Origin: Candidatus Nanohaloarchaea archaeon
GTDB taxonomy: Archaea; Nanohalarchaeota; Nanosalinia; Nanosalinales; Nanosalinaceae
Reading direction: 5' to 3'
NCBI GenBank assembly: GCA_041639695.1
Contig: JBEQBQ010000003.1
Location: 12,505 to 65,398 of the forward strand
Length of the DNA stretch: 52,894 bases
Shown here: positions 1 to 8,552 of the stretch, one piece after another
Layout of the letters: the number at the start of each line of letters is the position of its first letter
How positions within the stretch are numbered: the stretch's first letter is position 1
Position numbers and translations under genes: made by a program
The notes under the pieces: generated by a model
What the model was told of the DNA's origin: nothing
Databases searched by the model: none
Seen by the model: the letters and a program-made list of their open reading frames with translations, nothing else

Positions 1-1250
1 AGTCCTTCCTCCCAGATACTTGTCGAGACAACAACATCGTACTTGTCCTGTCTAAACTCTTCAAGTACTTCTTTCTGCTGTGTCTGGCTCATCCCTTTCT
101 CACCCTGCTGGCCGATAAACGTCGTTGCGTTTAGTCCTTCGGTCTCCAGCTCTTCAGTTATCATCTCGGTCGAGTCACGGTACTCTGTGAAAACTAGAGC
201 TTTCTCGTCCTCCTCCATGTCGGACAGGATCTCCCTTAATTTATCGAGTTTAGGATGTTCCTCGCCTTTTTTCATCAAGTGTTCGACCAGGTTTTTCGCT
301 CTCTTGAACTGATCGTTGTTTAACGCTCTCTTCGCAGCCTTTGAATCATCTGTTTCCAGTCCGTCCATGTAACGATACGTTTGTGTAATTCCCTGTGTCT
401 CCAGTAGTTCGGATGCCTGAGAGATTTTCAGTGCTGTCGCGACAAGAGAGATCGCCTTGTAGAGTTTTGGATCATCAGAACCTGATAGCTTCGAACTTAT
501 CTTACCTCTTAGCTTCAATAAATCGCCTTTATGTACATTCGAGGTCGAGCTAATATGTCCGAGCTTTTTCAGCTCTTTAAGCTGGTCTCTCTGCGCCTCT
601 TCAAGATTTCTTTTAGCGGCCTTGAACCTGTCGTCAAGACTTACCTTCAGCCATTCTACCTCCCTCTCCTGTATATAGGGTTCAACGTCAGGATCATCTT
701 CAGTTCTTACCTCGAAGTTGTGGATATCCAGATTTTCAGCTACCTCCATGATTTTTTCCTTCGATCCGCCGGGTGAAGCAGTTAACGCCATCTTATGTAC
801 AGGCATCCGTTCGCTGATAAACACGTAGCTATACTCTCCTGTAGCTCTGTGCGCCTCGTCGAATATTACAAGTGAGAAATCGTCTACAGGTACTTCTCCA
901 GATATTAGGTCGTTTTCAACTACTTGAGGTGTCGCGAAGAACGCTCTTTTCTCCTCCCACAGTTTGTAACGTTCATCGGGCCTTGTCTTACCTGTCATAA
1001 CCGCCATTTCTTCGTCGTCAATATCTATGAACTCCTTGAAGCTGGAAAGATGTTGTTCGGCAAGAGGTTTTGTGGGGGCCATGAAAAGAACTTTGCCGTT
1101 TTCAAGCTTCTCGGCTGCCACCATAGCTGCTATAACGGTCTTCCCTAGACCGGTTGGTAAAACCACTAAAGTATTTTGGTCTATCGCTGAAGCAGCTATA
1201 ACTTCCTGATATGTACGTGACTCGATCTTGTCGGACTGAAGCAGATCCAT
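1..1250 (-). CDS. hef: Hef/ERCC4-related (FANCM-like) SF2 helicase, 5' part; runs off the window start
   Basis: Manual translation from ATG at 1250 (not in ORF track): MDLLQSDKIESRTYQEVIAASAIDQNTLVVLPTGLGKT...MAPTKPLAEQH...ATPQVVEND...VIFDEAHRATG...LTASPG...HPKL...LVFTEYRDS...STSIWEEG; open to position 1. Confidence 0.92.
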   Translation of the reverse strand, partial: MDLLQSDKIESRTYQEVIAASAIDQNTLVVLPTGLGKTVIAAMVAAEKLENGKVLFMAPTKPLAEQHLSSFKEFIDIDDEEMAVMTGKTRPDERYKLWEEKRAFFATPQVVENDLISGEVPVDDFSLVIFDEAHRATGEYSYVFISERMPVHKMALTASPGGSKEKIMEVAENLDIHNFEVRTEDDPDVEPYIQEREVEWLKVSLDDRFKAAKRNLEEAQRDQLKELKKLGHISSTSNVHKGDLLKLRGKISSKLSGSDDPKLYKAISLVATALKISQASELLETQGITQTYRYMDGLETDDSKAAKRALNNDQFKRAKNLVEHLMKKGEEHPKLDKLREILSDMEEDEKALVFTEYRDSTEMITEELETEGLNATTFIGQQGEKGMSQTQQKEVLEEFRQDKYDVVVSTSIWEEG

Positions 1251-1300
1251 CTAGGGTAGTTCGAGTAGCGAAGAGTTAAACCGGTTTGGAAAAACTTCGT

Positions 1301-1810
1301 CTATCTCATACCAAAACTGTCCTGGGCCGGCGTCTCAAACATTTGAATCACTTTGAAACCGATGTTAGTGGCTATAATGAATATCAGTGACGCCTTCAAA
1401 ACCGTGTTATTTACAGGTATGTTCGTTTTAACCAATACTACGGTTACGTAAGCTAGTGAGTAGACTATTCCGGCTGATGAGATGATGAAAGCTACAGATT
1501 CCGACCATTTGTGGTAGAAGTTCATGTAGCCTACGAGAGATCCTACGCCTGCCAGGAAGTATGATGCATACCGTTCCATTTGTGCTAGATCGGAGGTTAT
1601 CAGAAGCGAGATGCCTGTTGTAACCCAAATGATGGCGTTACCGACTGAGGTGTTCCATCCCAGACTTTCGGATTCATGTTTGCCGAAATAGAGCTCTATA
1701 ACAAGTGCGCCGCCTATAATCGGCAGAAGCGATGGCAGAAGCTCGTAGTTGGTTGGCGCCATCACAAAACGTTTTAGAACCTCTTGAACAGTAAGTGCGT
1801 CGAAAACCAT
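1301..1810 (-). CDS. Multi-pass membrane protein, unknown function
   Basis: 169-aa ORF with about five hydrophobic segments; starts 8 nt after the ATPase stop codon. Confidence 0.75.
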   Translation of the reverse strand: MVFDALTVQEVLKRFVMAPTNYELLPSLLPIIGGALVIELYFGKHESESLGWNTSVGNAIIWVTTGISLLITSDLAQMERYASYFLAGVGSLVGYMNFYHKWSESVAFIISSAGIVYSLAYVTVVLVKTNIPVNNTVLKASLIFIIATNIGFKVIQMFETPAQDSFGMR

Positions 1811-1818
1811 TTTTGCTA

Positions 1819-3081
1819 TCAGTCCTCGAATGCGTCAGGTGTTCCTCCGGCGTGCCATGACTTTCTTGGTCTCATCTGGATGGGGTAGATCCTCTCAGAG
1901 TTATCGTCTAGAATCAAACCGGTTCCTGGATTGTCGGGCAGTGCATCGATGTAGTGTTCGATGTCGTGGCGCATATAGGTCTGCATGATCTCTCCTAATG
2001 CGTTAATGTCCTGTTTTGCTGTTAAACGGTGTGAAAGAATTATGTCACACTGTGAGAGCGCGTTGGGATGTAGTTTTGCGGGTTGCTGGGTGGCTAAGAC
2101 CAGTGATACGCCTGGTTCTCTTCCGATCTTAACCCATTTCAAGAGCGGGTCGGTTGCAGGAGTTTTGCCTTCGGCGGGGAGGAACTCGTGTGCCTCGTCT
2201 ATAAGCATCCATGTAATAGGCATCTCGTTCTGAGAAATATTGTCCATCTCCTCTATCTCTTCAACCCTTCTCGCTGTCATCCTTTTCCTAAGTATTCTTT
2301 TAGCCATCAATCCAACGATCAGTGATCTTACGGACCATCCTGATGAAAGTTCTCCGAAGACGGAAACGTCTACTATAGACATTTCCGCTCTTTCGGTGAA
2401 TTTCTCTATGGTTGATTCTTCTCCGAAGACTCCCCAGTCCTCTGCCGCTCTAAAACGATTGACAAGACCTTCTTCAATCTCTTTAGGGAAGTCGAACTTT
2501 CTGGCGCCCTCTACAATATCTTCTAGGGTGTAGTCGGTTCCTTTTTTCTCCTTCAGTTTGGAGATAACTCTTTCAAGCAGAATTCCTTGTTGTGAGCTTA
2601 GGTCGAAGTCAAACGCCATCGCCCACTCTGAGGCAGTGAACTCTCCAGGGTTTAGGGTGAAGGTTCCGTCGTATGGCATTTCCTTCTCTTCAAACTCTCT
2701 TGTCTTACCTTCGGGAATGTAGACGTTGGCGTCGTAGCCTTTAGGGTCGATGTCCCAGTCTTCAAGTATAGATATTGAACGATTGTTCGGGTGTTTCATC
2801 GACCAGTAGATTCCCATAGAATCGATTATAACTGTTGAGAGGTTGTCCGCGACATCTGAGGACTGTATTTCTTCCGCTATAGTTCCCATCGAGTATGATT
2901 TACCGGTACCTCTTTTACCGAAGACGCCCATCACGTGTGGCCTTGCTAAATCAAAGTAGATCGGGTTAGCTTTGTGTGCCTCTTCGTTTTCACCAACCAG
3001 ATGTTTCCCTATAACGCCGGTACCTTTCAAACCGTGCTTCTCTCTGTCGTCCTTGTCTCTTCCGACGCTGATCTTCGGCAT
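1819..3081 (-). CDS. HerA/FtsK-superfamily ATPase (DUF87-type)
   Basis: Walker A GKRGTGKS, IIDSMG, Walker B MLIDEAH, GREPGVSLVLATQQP. Confidence 0.88.
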   Translation of the reverse strand: MPKISVGRDKDDREKHGLKGTGVIGKHLVGENEEAHKANPIYFDLARPHVMGVFGKRGTGKSYSMGTIAEEIQSSDVADNLSTVIIDSMGIYWSMKHPNNRSISILEDWDIDPKGYDANVYIPEGKTREFEEKEMPYDGTFTLNPGEFTASEWAMAFDFDLSSQQGILLERVISKLKEKKGTDYTLEDIVEGARKFDFPKEIEEGLVNRFRAAEDWGVFGEESTIEKFTERAEMSIVDVSVFGELSSGWSVRSLIVGLMAKRILRKRMTARRVEEIEEMDNISQNEMPITWMLIDEAHEFLPAEGKTPATDPLLKWVKIGREPGVSLVLATQQPAKLHPNALSQCDIILSHRLTAKQDINALGEIMQTYMRHDIEHYIDALPDNPGTGLILDDNSERIYPIQMRPRKSWHAGGTPDAFED

Positions 3082-3114
3082 GTAATCACATGGTTGAAAG
3101 CTCGAATATAAAAT

Positions 3115-3720
3115 CTAGAGTACGGCCACAGAGATCCAGGCCAAAGCAAACCAAAGAATCCATCTAAAACCGTTATGTTTCAGGATGACGGCGCCGTCCA
3201 ACCGGCCTGTAGGAATGTCAGAGTAGTCGAAAGGCAGTAACTGGAAGATAGCGAAGAAAGAAACTGCTTCAGCACCTCTTGTGATTCCCAGCGAGTAGAA
3301 AGCTATCCACAAAATGCTTAAAGCAACTAGGCCGGCGTTCACAAACCACTGCTCTCTTTTAATCCACATGGCGTCGATGCCTTTACCCCAGTGCTCATAA
3401 CTGGTTATAGAAAAGTTCGAGGTTATCGGGAAAAGCATTATCACCGGTATAGAACTTAGAAAACTCATTCCGGCACCTAAAAGTGTCAGTATGGTTCCTT
3501 CGGGGGATAGCTCTAGTTCGACATCCGCTTCCATCCACTGGGCGATTGTTCTCTGACCTATCTCTCTAGAAAGCAGTATAAGCCCTGAGACAGCGCCGTA
3601 AAACACAACGGAGCTGACAGTAATATTTCCTTTAAACGCTGTGAATGCTGCCGTGATCGCCACAGTCGCGGCTACGAATGCAGTTACTTCCTCGATCGAG
3701 GGTTTGAAACGGTTTACCAC
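3115..3720 (-). CDS. Membrane protein resembling a site-2 protease (M50) with a degenerate zinc motif
   Basis: SREIGQR at the HExxH position and FQLLP...LDG matching the M50 NxxPxxxLDG motif; multiple TM helices. Confidence 0.6.
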   Translation of the reverse strand: MVNRFKPSIEEVTAFVAATVAITAAFTAFKGNITVSSVVFYGAVSGLILLSREIGQRTIAQWMEADVELELSPEGTILTLLGAGMSFLSSIPVIMLFPITSNFSITSYEHWGKGIDAMWIKREQWFVNAGLVALSILWIAFYSLGITRGAEAVSFFAIFQLLPFDYSDIPTGRLDGAVILKHNGFRWILWFALAWISVAVL

Positions 3721-3759
3721 ACCAAAAATTTCTGGTTCTGAAACCTATAAAGTCTCGGC

Positions 3760-4239
3760 CTATATCTTCATCTCCTGGCAGATCTCCGCGATAGAATAGG
3801 ACTCGCTTGAACGGAAGATCTCAGGGTACTGCTTTATCTCATCGATATGAAGCCCTGCTTCATCGTTTCTGTAAGCCGTTCTCACAGCCGACCATGGAAC
3901 CATGTAGGCTTTCCTCGGCTTACCTCTACCTCTCTTAAGCTCAACCGCAAGAAAACCTGTTCTGCCTGATCTATCCACAAAATCCGATATACGTTCGACC
4001 TGATGTCCGCCATCGCTCACCGAAAAATGCTGGGAGAAGTAAAGCTTGTTAGTGCTTGAAGTCTTGACCGATTTGTTCTCTATAGCCAGGTAAAACATTT
4101 CATGCGGTGAATCAACCAATACATCGCACAACTGGCTTGAGAAACGGTGCTGCTTCTTTCTATGCGCGATACCCTCCAAACTTTCTTCCTCGAAAAAGTT
4201 GTTGAAGGAGTTTACGAGCGCTCGCTCGAAATCAGTCAT
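3760..4239 (-). CDS. PD-(D/E)xK nuclease, Holliday-junction-resolvase-like
   Basis: N-terminal FE helix, CDVLVD...AIENKS catalytic pattern, 159 aa. Confidence 0.65.
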   Translation of the reverse strand: MTDFERALVNSFNNFFEEESLEGIAHRKKQHRFSSQLCDVLVDSPHEMFYLAIENKSVKTSSTNKLYFSQHFSVSDGGHQVERISDFVDRSGRTGFLAVELKRGRGKPRKAYMVPWSAVRTAYRNDEAGLHIDEIKQYPEIFRSSESYSIAEICQEMKI

Positions 4240-4273
4240 ATCTAATACTTGTTATCGTATTGTTTAAAGATCG

Positions 4274-4426
4274 TTACCCGAAGTCCCAGAAAATCCACAG
4301 AACCATGAAAGACGAGATAAACGCCGAAGAAGCAAAGTAGTAGTTCCCAATCATTAACTCGATAAAACCGAGTAATGGAACAAGCAACAGGCTTGAAATC
4401 ACGAATAAATTAACTAAACGACTCAT
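4274..4426 (-). CDS. Small two-helix membrane protein (50 aa)
   Basis: Manual ORF MSRLVNLFVISSLLLVPLLGFIELMIGNYYFASSAFISSFMVLWIFWDFG fills the gap between co-oriented genes. Confidence 0.5.
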   Translation of the reverse strand: MSRLVNLFVISSLLLVPLLGFIELMIGNYYFASSAFISSFMVLWIFWDFG

Positions 4427-4461
4427 CAAATCGGGATTAGAGTATTTTCGATTTAAAACCT

Positions 4462-5175
4462 TCAGTAATCGGCTAGTCCTCTCTGCTCCGGCTTCTTCAA
4501 GACCTTTCCGGAGCCTAAAATCAGGCCATAACGTCCGTTCGAAACAATCTGGCCCTTAACTTTTTCGACAGGTGAAGGAAAACGGCCTTTTCGTTTAAGT
4601 TCGCAGTTTATGGACTCCGCAATATTCTGGATCTCGGCATCAAAACCAAGCTTCTCCAAAGTAGATCTTAAACGCGTAGGATCCGATTCACCTGATTTCT
4701 TGGACTTACTAATTCTTTCACTAATGCCTTCGTCCGAGATCTCTTTCTCCTTTTCTAAAGCGGTATCGCCACTTACTTCAGATATTGTCTCGGCTGCGTA
4801 CTCTGCACCCTGCTCCAGCCAACGCTCCTGAAGCCTTGAAGTCTTTGTAACGCCGACCTTCACGTTGTCGCTCGACTGCACAAGATAAACAGAATAGTCC
4901 GCATCGTAAGGTGTTGAATTTCCTTTACGCCAGTCAGTGTAGATATCCTTTCTTCTGCATTCCTGGCACTGGTCGCCGCTATCAATCTGCTTAAAATCCG
5001 GGCAAGCAACATGGTTCCCACGGGACTCAAAATGGCCGGTACATCTTCTATCCGTTGTAAGTTCGTATTCAAGCTTCTTCCCTTTCTCCAGCTCCACGTA
5101 TTCGAAGCCGTTTTCAGTCGCTAGCTTTAGAACAGGTTTTCCCGAATTCCACGAGATTTTAACTACTGATTTCAT
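4462..5175 (-). CDS. DUF2797-family protein
   Basis: RRCTG...CP...QCQEC zinc pattern, YSVYL, VKVGVT...RWLEQGA. Confidence 0.8.
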   Translation of the reverse strand: MKSVVKISWNSGKPVLKLATENGFEYVELEKGKKLEYELTTDRRCTGHFESRGNHVACPDFKQIDSGDQCQECRRKDIYTDWRKGNSTPYDADYSVYLVQSSDNVKVGVTKTSRLQERWLEQGAEYAAETISEVSGDTALEKEKEISDEGISERISKSKKSGESDPTRLRSTLEKLGFDAEIQNIAESINCELKRKGRFPSPVEKVKGQIVSNGRYGLILGSGKVLKKPEQRGLADY

Positions 5176-5891
5176 ACTTCGAGTGTTTGCTGAGAAGTCT
5201 TAACCTCTTTTCCGTTCAACTGTTTCTCAAGCTCTTTTCGATGTGCCGCACCTACAAAAGCAACGATATCGGCGTCAGGATTGTTTTCCTGAAGCTTAAG
5301 TAAAGCTCTTCTCATGTGCTCGTTTCTCTCCTCAACTAAAACACGGTACATGTCAGGGAACTTGAACTTCATCTCAAACAAGAGCTGGTCGATTAACTCT
5401 TCTTCCGGTATGTCGTTGAAGTCGAAGCCGCCGGAACCGATAAAGCCTACGATCAGTTGTGCGAACGCCTTCACTTTTTCTCTCAACTTAATGGATTTGA
5501 GTTTGCCTACGGTTACCTGTATCTCTTGGTCTATCAGTGCGACTTCTCTGCTTTCTTCCATCGATTTTTTGTATGCGTGAAGCATTTCTTCGCCGGGCAT
5601 AACACCTGTCTTACCTCCAGCAAAGTCTTGGAAGGCTTTGATCATTCTGATGAATGCCGGGCCGCCTTTTGAATGGTCCTGATCGCTTAGAAGTGCGTTC
5701 AGACGTGCGAAGTCGAGTTCAAGTGCGACAATCTCGGGGTCGTGCTCATCGATCTTCTTCTCAATCAGGTCGAGGCTTTCGTTGGAGACGTGGGAGGTGC
5801 CGTAGACGTGTATCACACCGAAGTCTTGGATGCCAACTGTTGTAAAATCAACTGTGGATGACCATTTGTAATACAGAGGTCGGTTTAACAT
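5172..5891 (-). CDS. TraB/GumN-family protein (true start may be slightly downstream)
   Basis: GTSHVS, VALELDxxR, PGEEM, LIDQEI, LVEERN, VGAAH motifs. Confidence 0.85.
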   Translation of the reverse strand: MLNRPLYYKWSSTVDFTTVGIQDFGVIHVYGTSHVSNESLDLIEKKIDEHDPEIVALELDFARLNALLSDQDHSKGGPAFIRMIKAFQDFAGGKTGVMPGEEMLHAYKKSMEESREVALIDQEIQVTVGKLKSIKLREKVKAFAQLIVGFIGSGGFDFNDIPEEELIDQLLFEMKFKFPDMYRVLVEERNEHMRRALLKLQENNPDADIVAFVGAAHRKELEKQLNGKEVKTSQQTLEV

Positions 5892-5960
5892 GCTATTTAT
5901 GGGTTATTGTAATACGGTTTTCCGTAAAAGCTATAGTCCTAGCACAGAAAAGACAGCAGT

Positions 5961-6467
5961 ATGGCTCTCGAAAAACAGGTTATGGAACTTATACTCTCTC
6001 TAAGAACGCCAGTATTTAATGAGTTCTTCCAAGGTTTAACAGCTTTAGGAAGCACGGCATTCGCAATAGTTCTAATAGGCTTCCTCTACACCCGCAAAAA
6101 GAAGCTAGCTTACAGAACACTACTAGGATTCTCCCTCACAGGACTAATTGTGTATGGATTGAAGTTCAGTTTTGCTAGACCTAGGCCCACAATAGAATCA
6201 TTAGGAACTGCCTTCACTCAACACTCATTCCCTTCTGGCCACACCGCGACAGCGTTCGTACTCGCAACAATACTCTACACACGTTTTAAAACATACTATC
6301 TGTTTTTAGTTGCGGGCTTAGTAGGGTTCTCAAGAATCTATCTAGGTCTTCACTATCCGTCCGATGTAGTGGTTGGGGCTTTGATTGGAACCGGTTCAGC
6401 TCTTGTTGTAGAAAAGTTGTGGAAAACAAGTGGCTCCCGGGGATGGACGCTCCTCGAGGCCCAGTAA
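5961..6467 (+). CDS. PAP2-family membrane phosphatase
   Basis: KxxxxRPRP, SFPSGH, SRIYLGLHYPSDV. Confidence 0.92.
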   Translation: MALEKQVMELILSLRTPVFNEFFQGLTALGSTAFAIVLIGFLYTRKKKLAYRTLLGFSLTGLIVYGLKFSFARPRPTIESLGTAFTQHSFPSGHTATAFVLATILYTRFKTYYLFLVAGLVGFSRIYLGLHYPSDVVVGALIGTGSALVVEKLWKTSGSRGWTLLEAQ

Positions 6468-6690
6468 ACCTCCTCGAGTCTCAGGTCCGCCACCCTCCGA
6501 ACATACGCCTGACCGCTTAGGGCTGCTCCCGTCAAGGCCTGACCCGGTTCACGACCAAGAGTATCCCGGAGGACGGACCCTCAGCGAACCGAAGAGGGCT
6601 GAGTCCCGGGGAGACGCCGCTCCCTGGTTGACGGCTCCGGCATCACGAGGATTTCCGGACAGAGGCGACCCCAAGCCGCCCGGCCTGCCA
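6431..6690 (-). ncRNA. ffs: SRP (7S) RNA, ~260 nt
   Basis: GC-rich island. Minus strand begins UGGCAGGCCGGGCGG (archaeal Alu-domain start), contains the helix-8 signature GAACCGGGUCAGGCCUUGACGGGAGCAGCCCUAAGC, and ends CCCCGGGAGCCA, which pairs with the 5' UGGC. Confidence 0.9.
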
Positions 6691-6712
6691 TACCTGAGAG
6701 TGGAGGTGGGAA

Positions 6713-6720
6713 AGTTAAAA
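6713..6720 (-). promoter_or_regulatory. Probable TATA box of the SRP RNA gene
   Basis: TTTTAACT on the minus strand 23-30 nt upstream of the predicted 5' end. Confidence 0.5.
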
Positions 6721-6733
6721 GTCGGACGGTTAT

Positions 6734-7120
6734 CTAGAATAGTTTGTCCTCCTTATAATCCTCAATCAGTTCTTCGCTTAAGTCCTCAAAGTAAGTTTCT
6801 AAGTAGCTTGAGTACATAGATTGGTAATGGTTTGAGGTCTTGAAGGCGGAATAACTACTATATCCGAATATGATTATTAGACAAGAGAAAAGAATCGAAA
6901 CCAGTGAGAATACTAGAAAATCGCCTAATGATTCAGCGGTTTTCAGATAGTAATTTATGAAAGCAATAAAAACAGCTGTTGTTGATACTAGTAGGCTTAG
7001 GAGAAAACTAGAGTTCCTTCTATAATGGCTTCTTTTACTCCAAGCATGTTCTAATAGAAATTTTTTATCTTCCTTAGATATTTCGCCTTTGAAAATATCA
7101 GGAACTTTACTAGCAGACAT
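6734..7120 (-). CDS. Hypothetical two-TM membrane protein, AT-rich
   Basis: 128-aa ORF with two hydrophobic helices. Confidence 0.65.
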   Translation of the reverse strand: MSASKVPDIFKGEISKEDKKFLLEHAWSKRSHYRRNSSFLLSLLVSTTAVFIAFINYYLKTAESLGDFLVFSLVSILFSCLIIIFGYSSYSAFKTSNHYQSMYSSYLETYFEDLSEELIEDYKEDKLF

Positions 7121-7133
7121 TAGTTATCAGTCT

Positions 7134-7301
7134 CTAAATGTTTCTTTTGATCTGATCTTCTATCTCCAAGGTCAAGCTCCCGCCTACTGTCATCAGTCCC
7201 GCAGCCAAAGAGAACATTTTCAAGTGGTTTCCTGACCGTAAAACCAGTGCGGTGGTTACTGAGGTAAGGAATGCTTTCAGAAGGTTTAATTTCTTGATCA
7301 T
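7134..7301 (-). CDS. Small hypothetical protein (55 aa)
   Basis: Manual ORF MIKKLNLLKAFLTSVTTALVLRSGNHLKMFSLAAGLMTVGGSLTLEIEDQIKRNI directly upstream of the 6734 gene. Confidence 0.4.
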   Translation of the reverse strand: MIKKLNLLKAFLTSVTTALVLRSGNHLKMFSLAAGLMTVGGSLTLEIEDQIKRNI

Positions 7302-7416
7302 GGTGGATCGAGTTGGATAGAATTAGTTGAGCGTTTTGACTGCTCTTAAGAGCACAAATAAGAAGAAAGCTTTATATACGAAAGGCTAAACAGGGTCGAA
7401 AGAGGAGTTGAGGTCC

Positions 7417-8223
7417 TTAAATCTCGAACTCCATCCCTCTCTCGACTATCTGGAATCCTTTCTCCTCCATCTCTTTTCTCTCCTCAGAGTCCTCCAGCAG
7501 AACTGGGTTGGTGTGGTTCATGTGGGTGAAGTAGATCTCCGTATCCACATCGGAGAACTCTTCTATCGACTTCTTGATCGGCGGGTGTGGAACTTCCTCG
7601 AACCTGTCCAGCTCCTCCTTCGTCCAGAAACAGCCATCGACGATCGCGATATCGGCCTCTTTAACTGATTCAATCGCATCCTCAGTCCATTTGTCGAGGT
7701 CTGAGACGTAGTAAAGTTTTTTGTCCTCTCCGTGGATCATGAAGCTTAACGCATCAGCGTAGTCTCCTCTATGAATTACTTCTCGAGGCTCTACGTGGCC
7801 TCCCTGGACTTCGACTTCCTCGCCTTCATCGACAACCTCTGTCTCGATGTTTCCACGGTCTACCATGTAGCGGTAGGGATCGTTTTTCATTATGAAGTCC
7901 TTCACGCCTTCTGCACAGTAGACAGGTACTCCGGAGGCGTCCATAGAAGACTCTCCTAAGAACAGTAGTCCTGTGATATCTCCGAGGTGGTCGTCCGACA
8001 CAAATACTCCGTCAAGGAACTCTCCCTTTATCTGGTTTCTAATATCGGGGCTGGCTCCGATCAGATACCGGATCGAGTTTTCATCGTCATTCTCCTTTAA
8101 CATGACGGCGTGAACGTATCTTTGTTTTGAACAGTCTTGTCTAGCTTCCTCGCATACCCGGCAGCTACAGTCCATGTGTGGAACGCCTCCGTCCTGGACC
8201 GTGCCGAGAACCTCGATCTTCAT
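7417..8223 (-). CDS. Metallo-beta-lactamase-fold hydrolase, PqqB/PhnP-like
   Basis: LGTVQDGGVPHMDCSCRVC, DGCFW, VPHP, FTHMNHTNP. Confidence 0.82.
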   Translation of the reverse strand: MKIEVLGTVQDGGVPHMDCSCRVCEEARQDCSKQRYVHAVMLKENDDENSIRYLIGASPDIRNQIKGEFLDGVFVSDDHLGDITGLLFLGESSMDASGVPVYCAEGVKDFIMKNDPYRYMVDRGNIETEVVDEGEEVEVQGGHVEPREVIHRGDYADALSFMIHGEDKKLYYVSDLDKWTEDAIESVKEADIAIVDGCFWTKEELDRFEEVPHPPIKKSIEEFSDVDTEIYFTHMNHTNPVLLEDSEERKEMEEKGFQIVERGMEFEI

Positions 8224-8296
8224 ATAGAATATCTGCCTCCGTTGATACGTCAGATAATCCTTGACTAATAAAAACCCTTTCCATAAACCGTTGTAT

Positions 8297-8389
8297 ATGG
8301 CAGAAAACGGAAGTAAAGACGTTGAAACTGGTGAAGATGGAGAAGAGAACGAGTGCGGATGTGGCGAAAGCTGTCCGTGTAACGACTGA
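8297..8389 (+). CDS. 30-aa acidic microprotein with a CxCxxxCxC metallothionein-like tail
   Basis: Manual ORF MAENGSKDVETGEDGEENECGCGESCPCND; TATA-like TAATAAAAA about 25-30 nt upstream of the ATG. Confidence 0.6.
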   Translation: MAENGSKDVETGEDGEENECGCGESCPCND

Positions 8390-8439
8390 AAGCGGTTTTA
8401 AGCTTTCTCACCGACTATTTAGTTGAAAGAGGATTTTTT

Positions 8440-8510
8440 GCCGGGATGGCAGAGGAGCTATGCAGCGGCCTGCAAAGCCGCCCACCGGGGTGCAAATCCC
8501 CGTCCCGGCT
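8440..8510 (+). tRNA. tRNA-Cys(GCA)
   Basis: Acceptor GCCGGGA/TCCCGGC, anticodon arm GCGGC-CTGCAAA-GCCGC, U73 discriminator. Confidence 0.93.
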
Positions 8511-8552
8511 ACCCTTCAAGTACAAAAGGTTCTTCCTAAATCTGTGTTACTT

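Noticed and set aside
43-1209. Four short + strand ORFs
   Set aside because: Shadows of the minus-strand Hef helicase, which the ORF track missed because it runs off the window
6430-6819. 129-aa Pro/Arg-rich + strand ORF
   Set aside because: Antisense shadow of the GC-rich SRP RNA; composition unlike the acidic proteome
7417-8223. PQQ biosynthesis cluster with the 30-aa peptide as PqqA
   Set aside because: Peptide lacks the ExxxY motif, is divergently oriented, and no pqqC/D/E genes are present
8460-8552. N-terminal extension of the 8460-8945 ORF
   Set aside because: Overlaps tRNA-Cys; ATG 8553 is more plausible. The same applies to the 37052 start over tRNA-Ser
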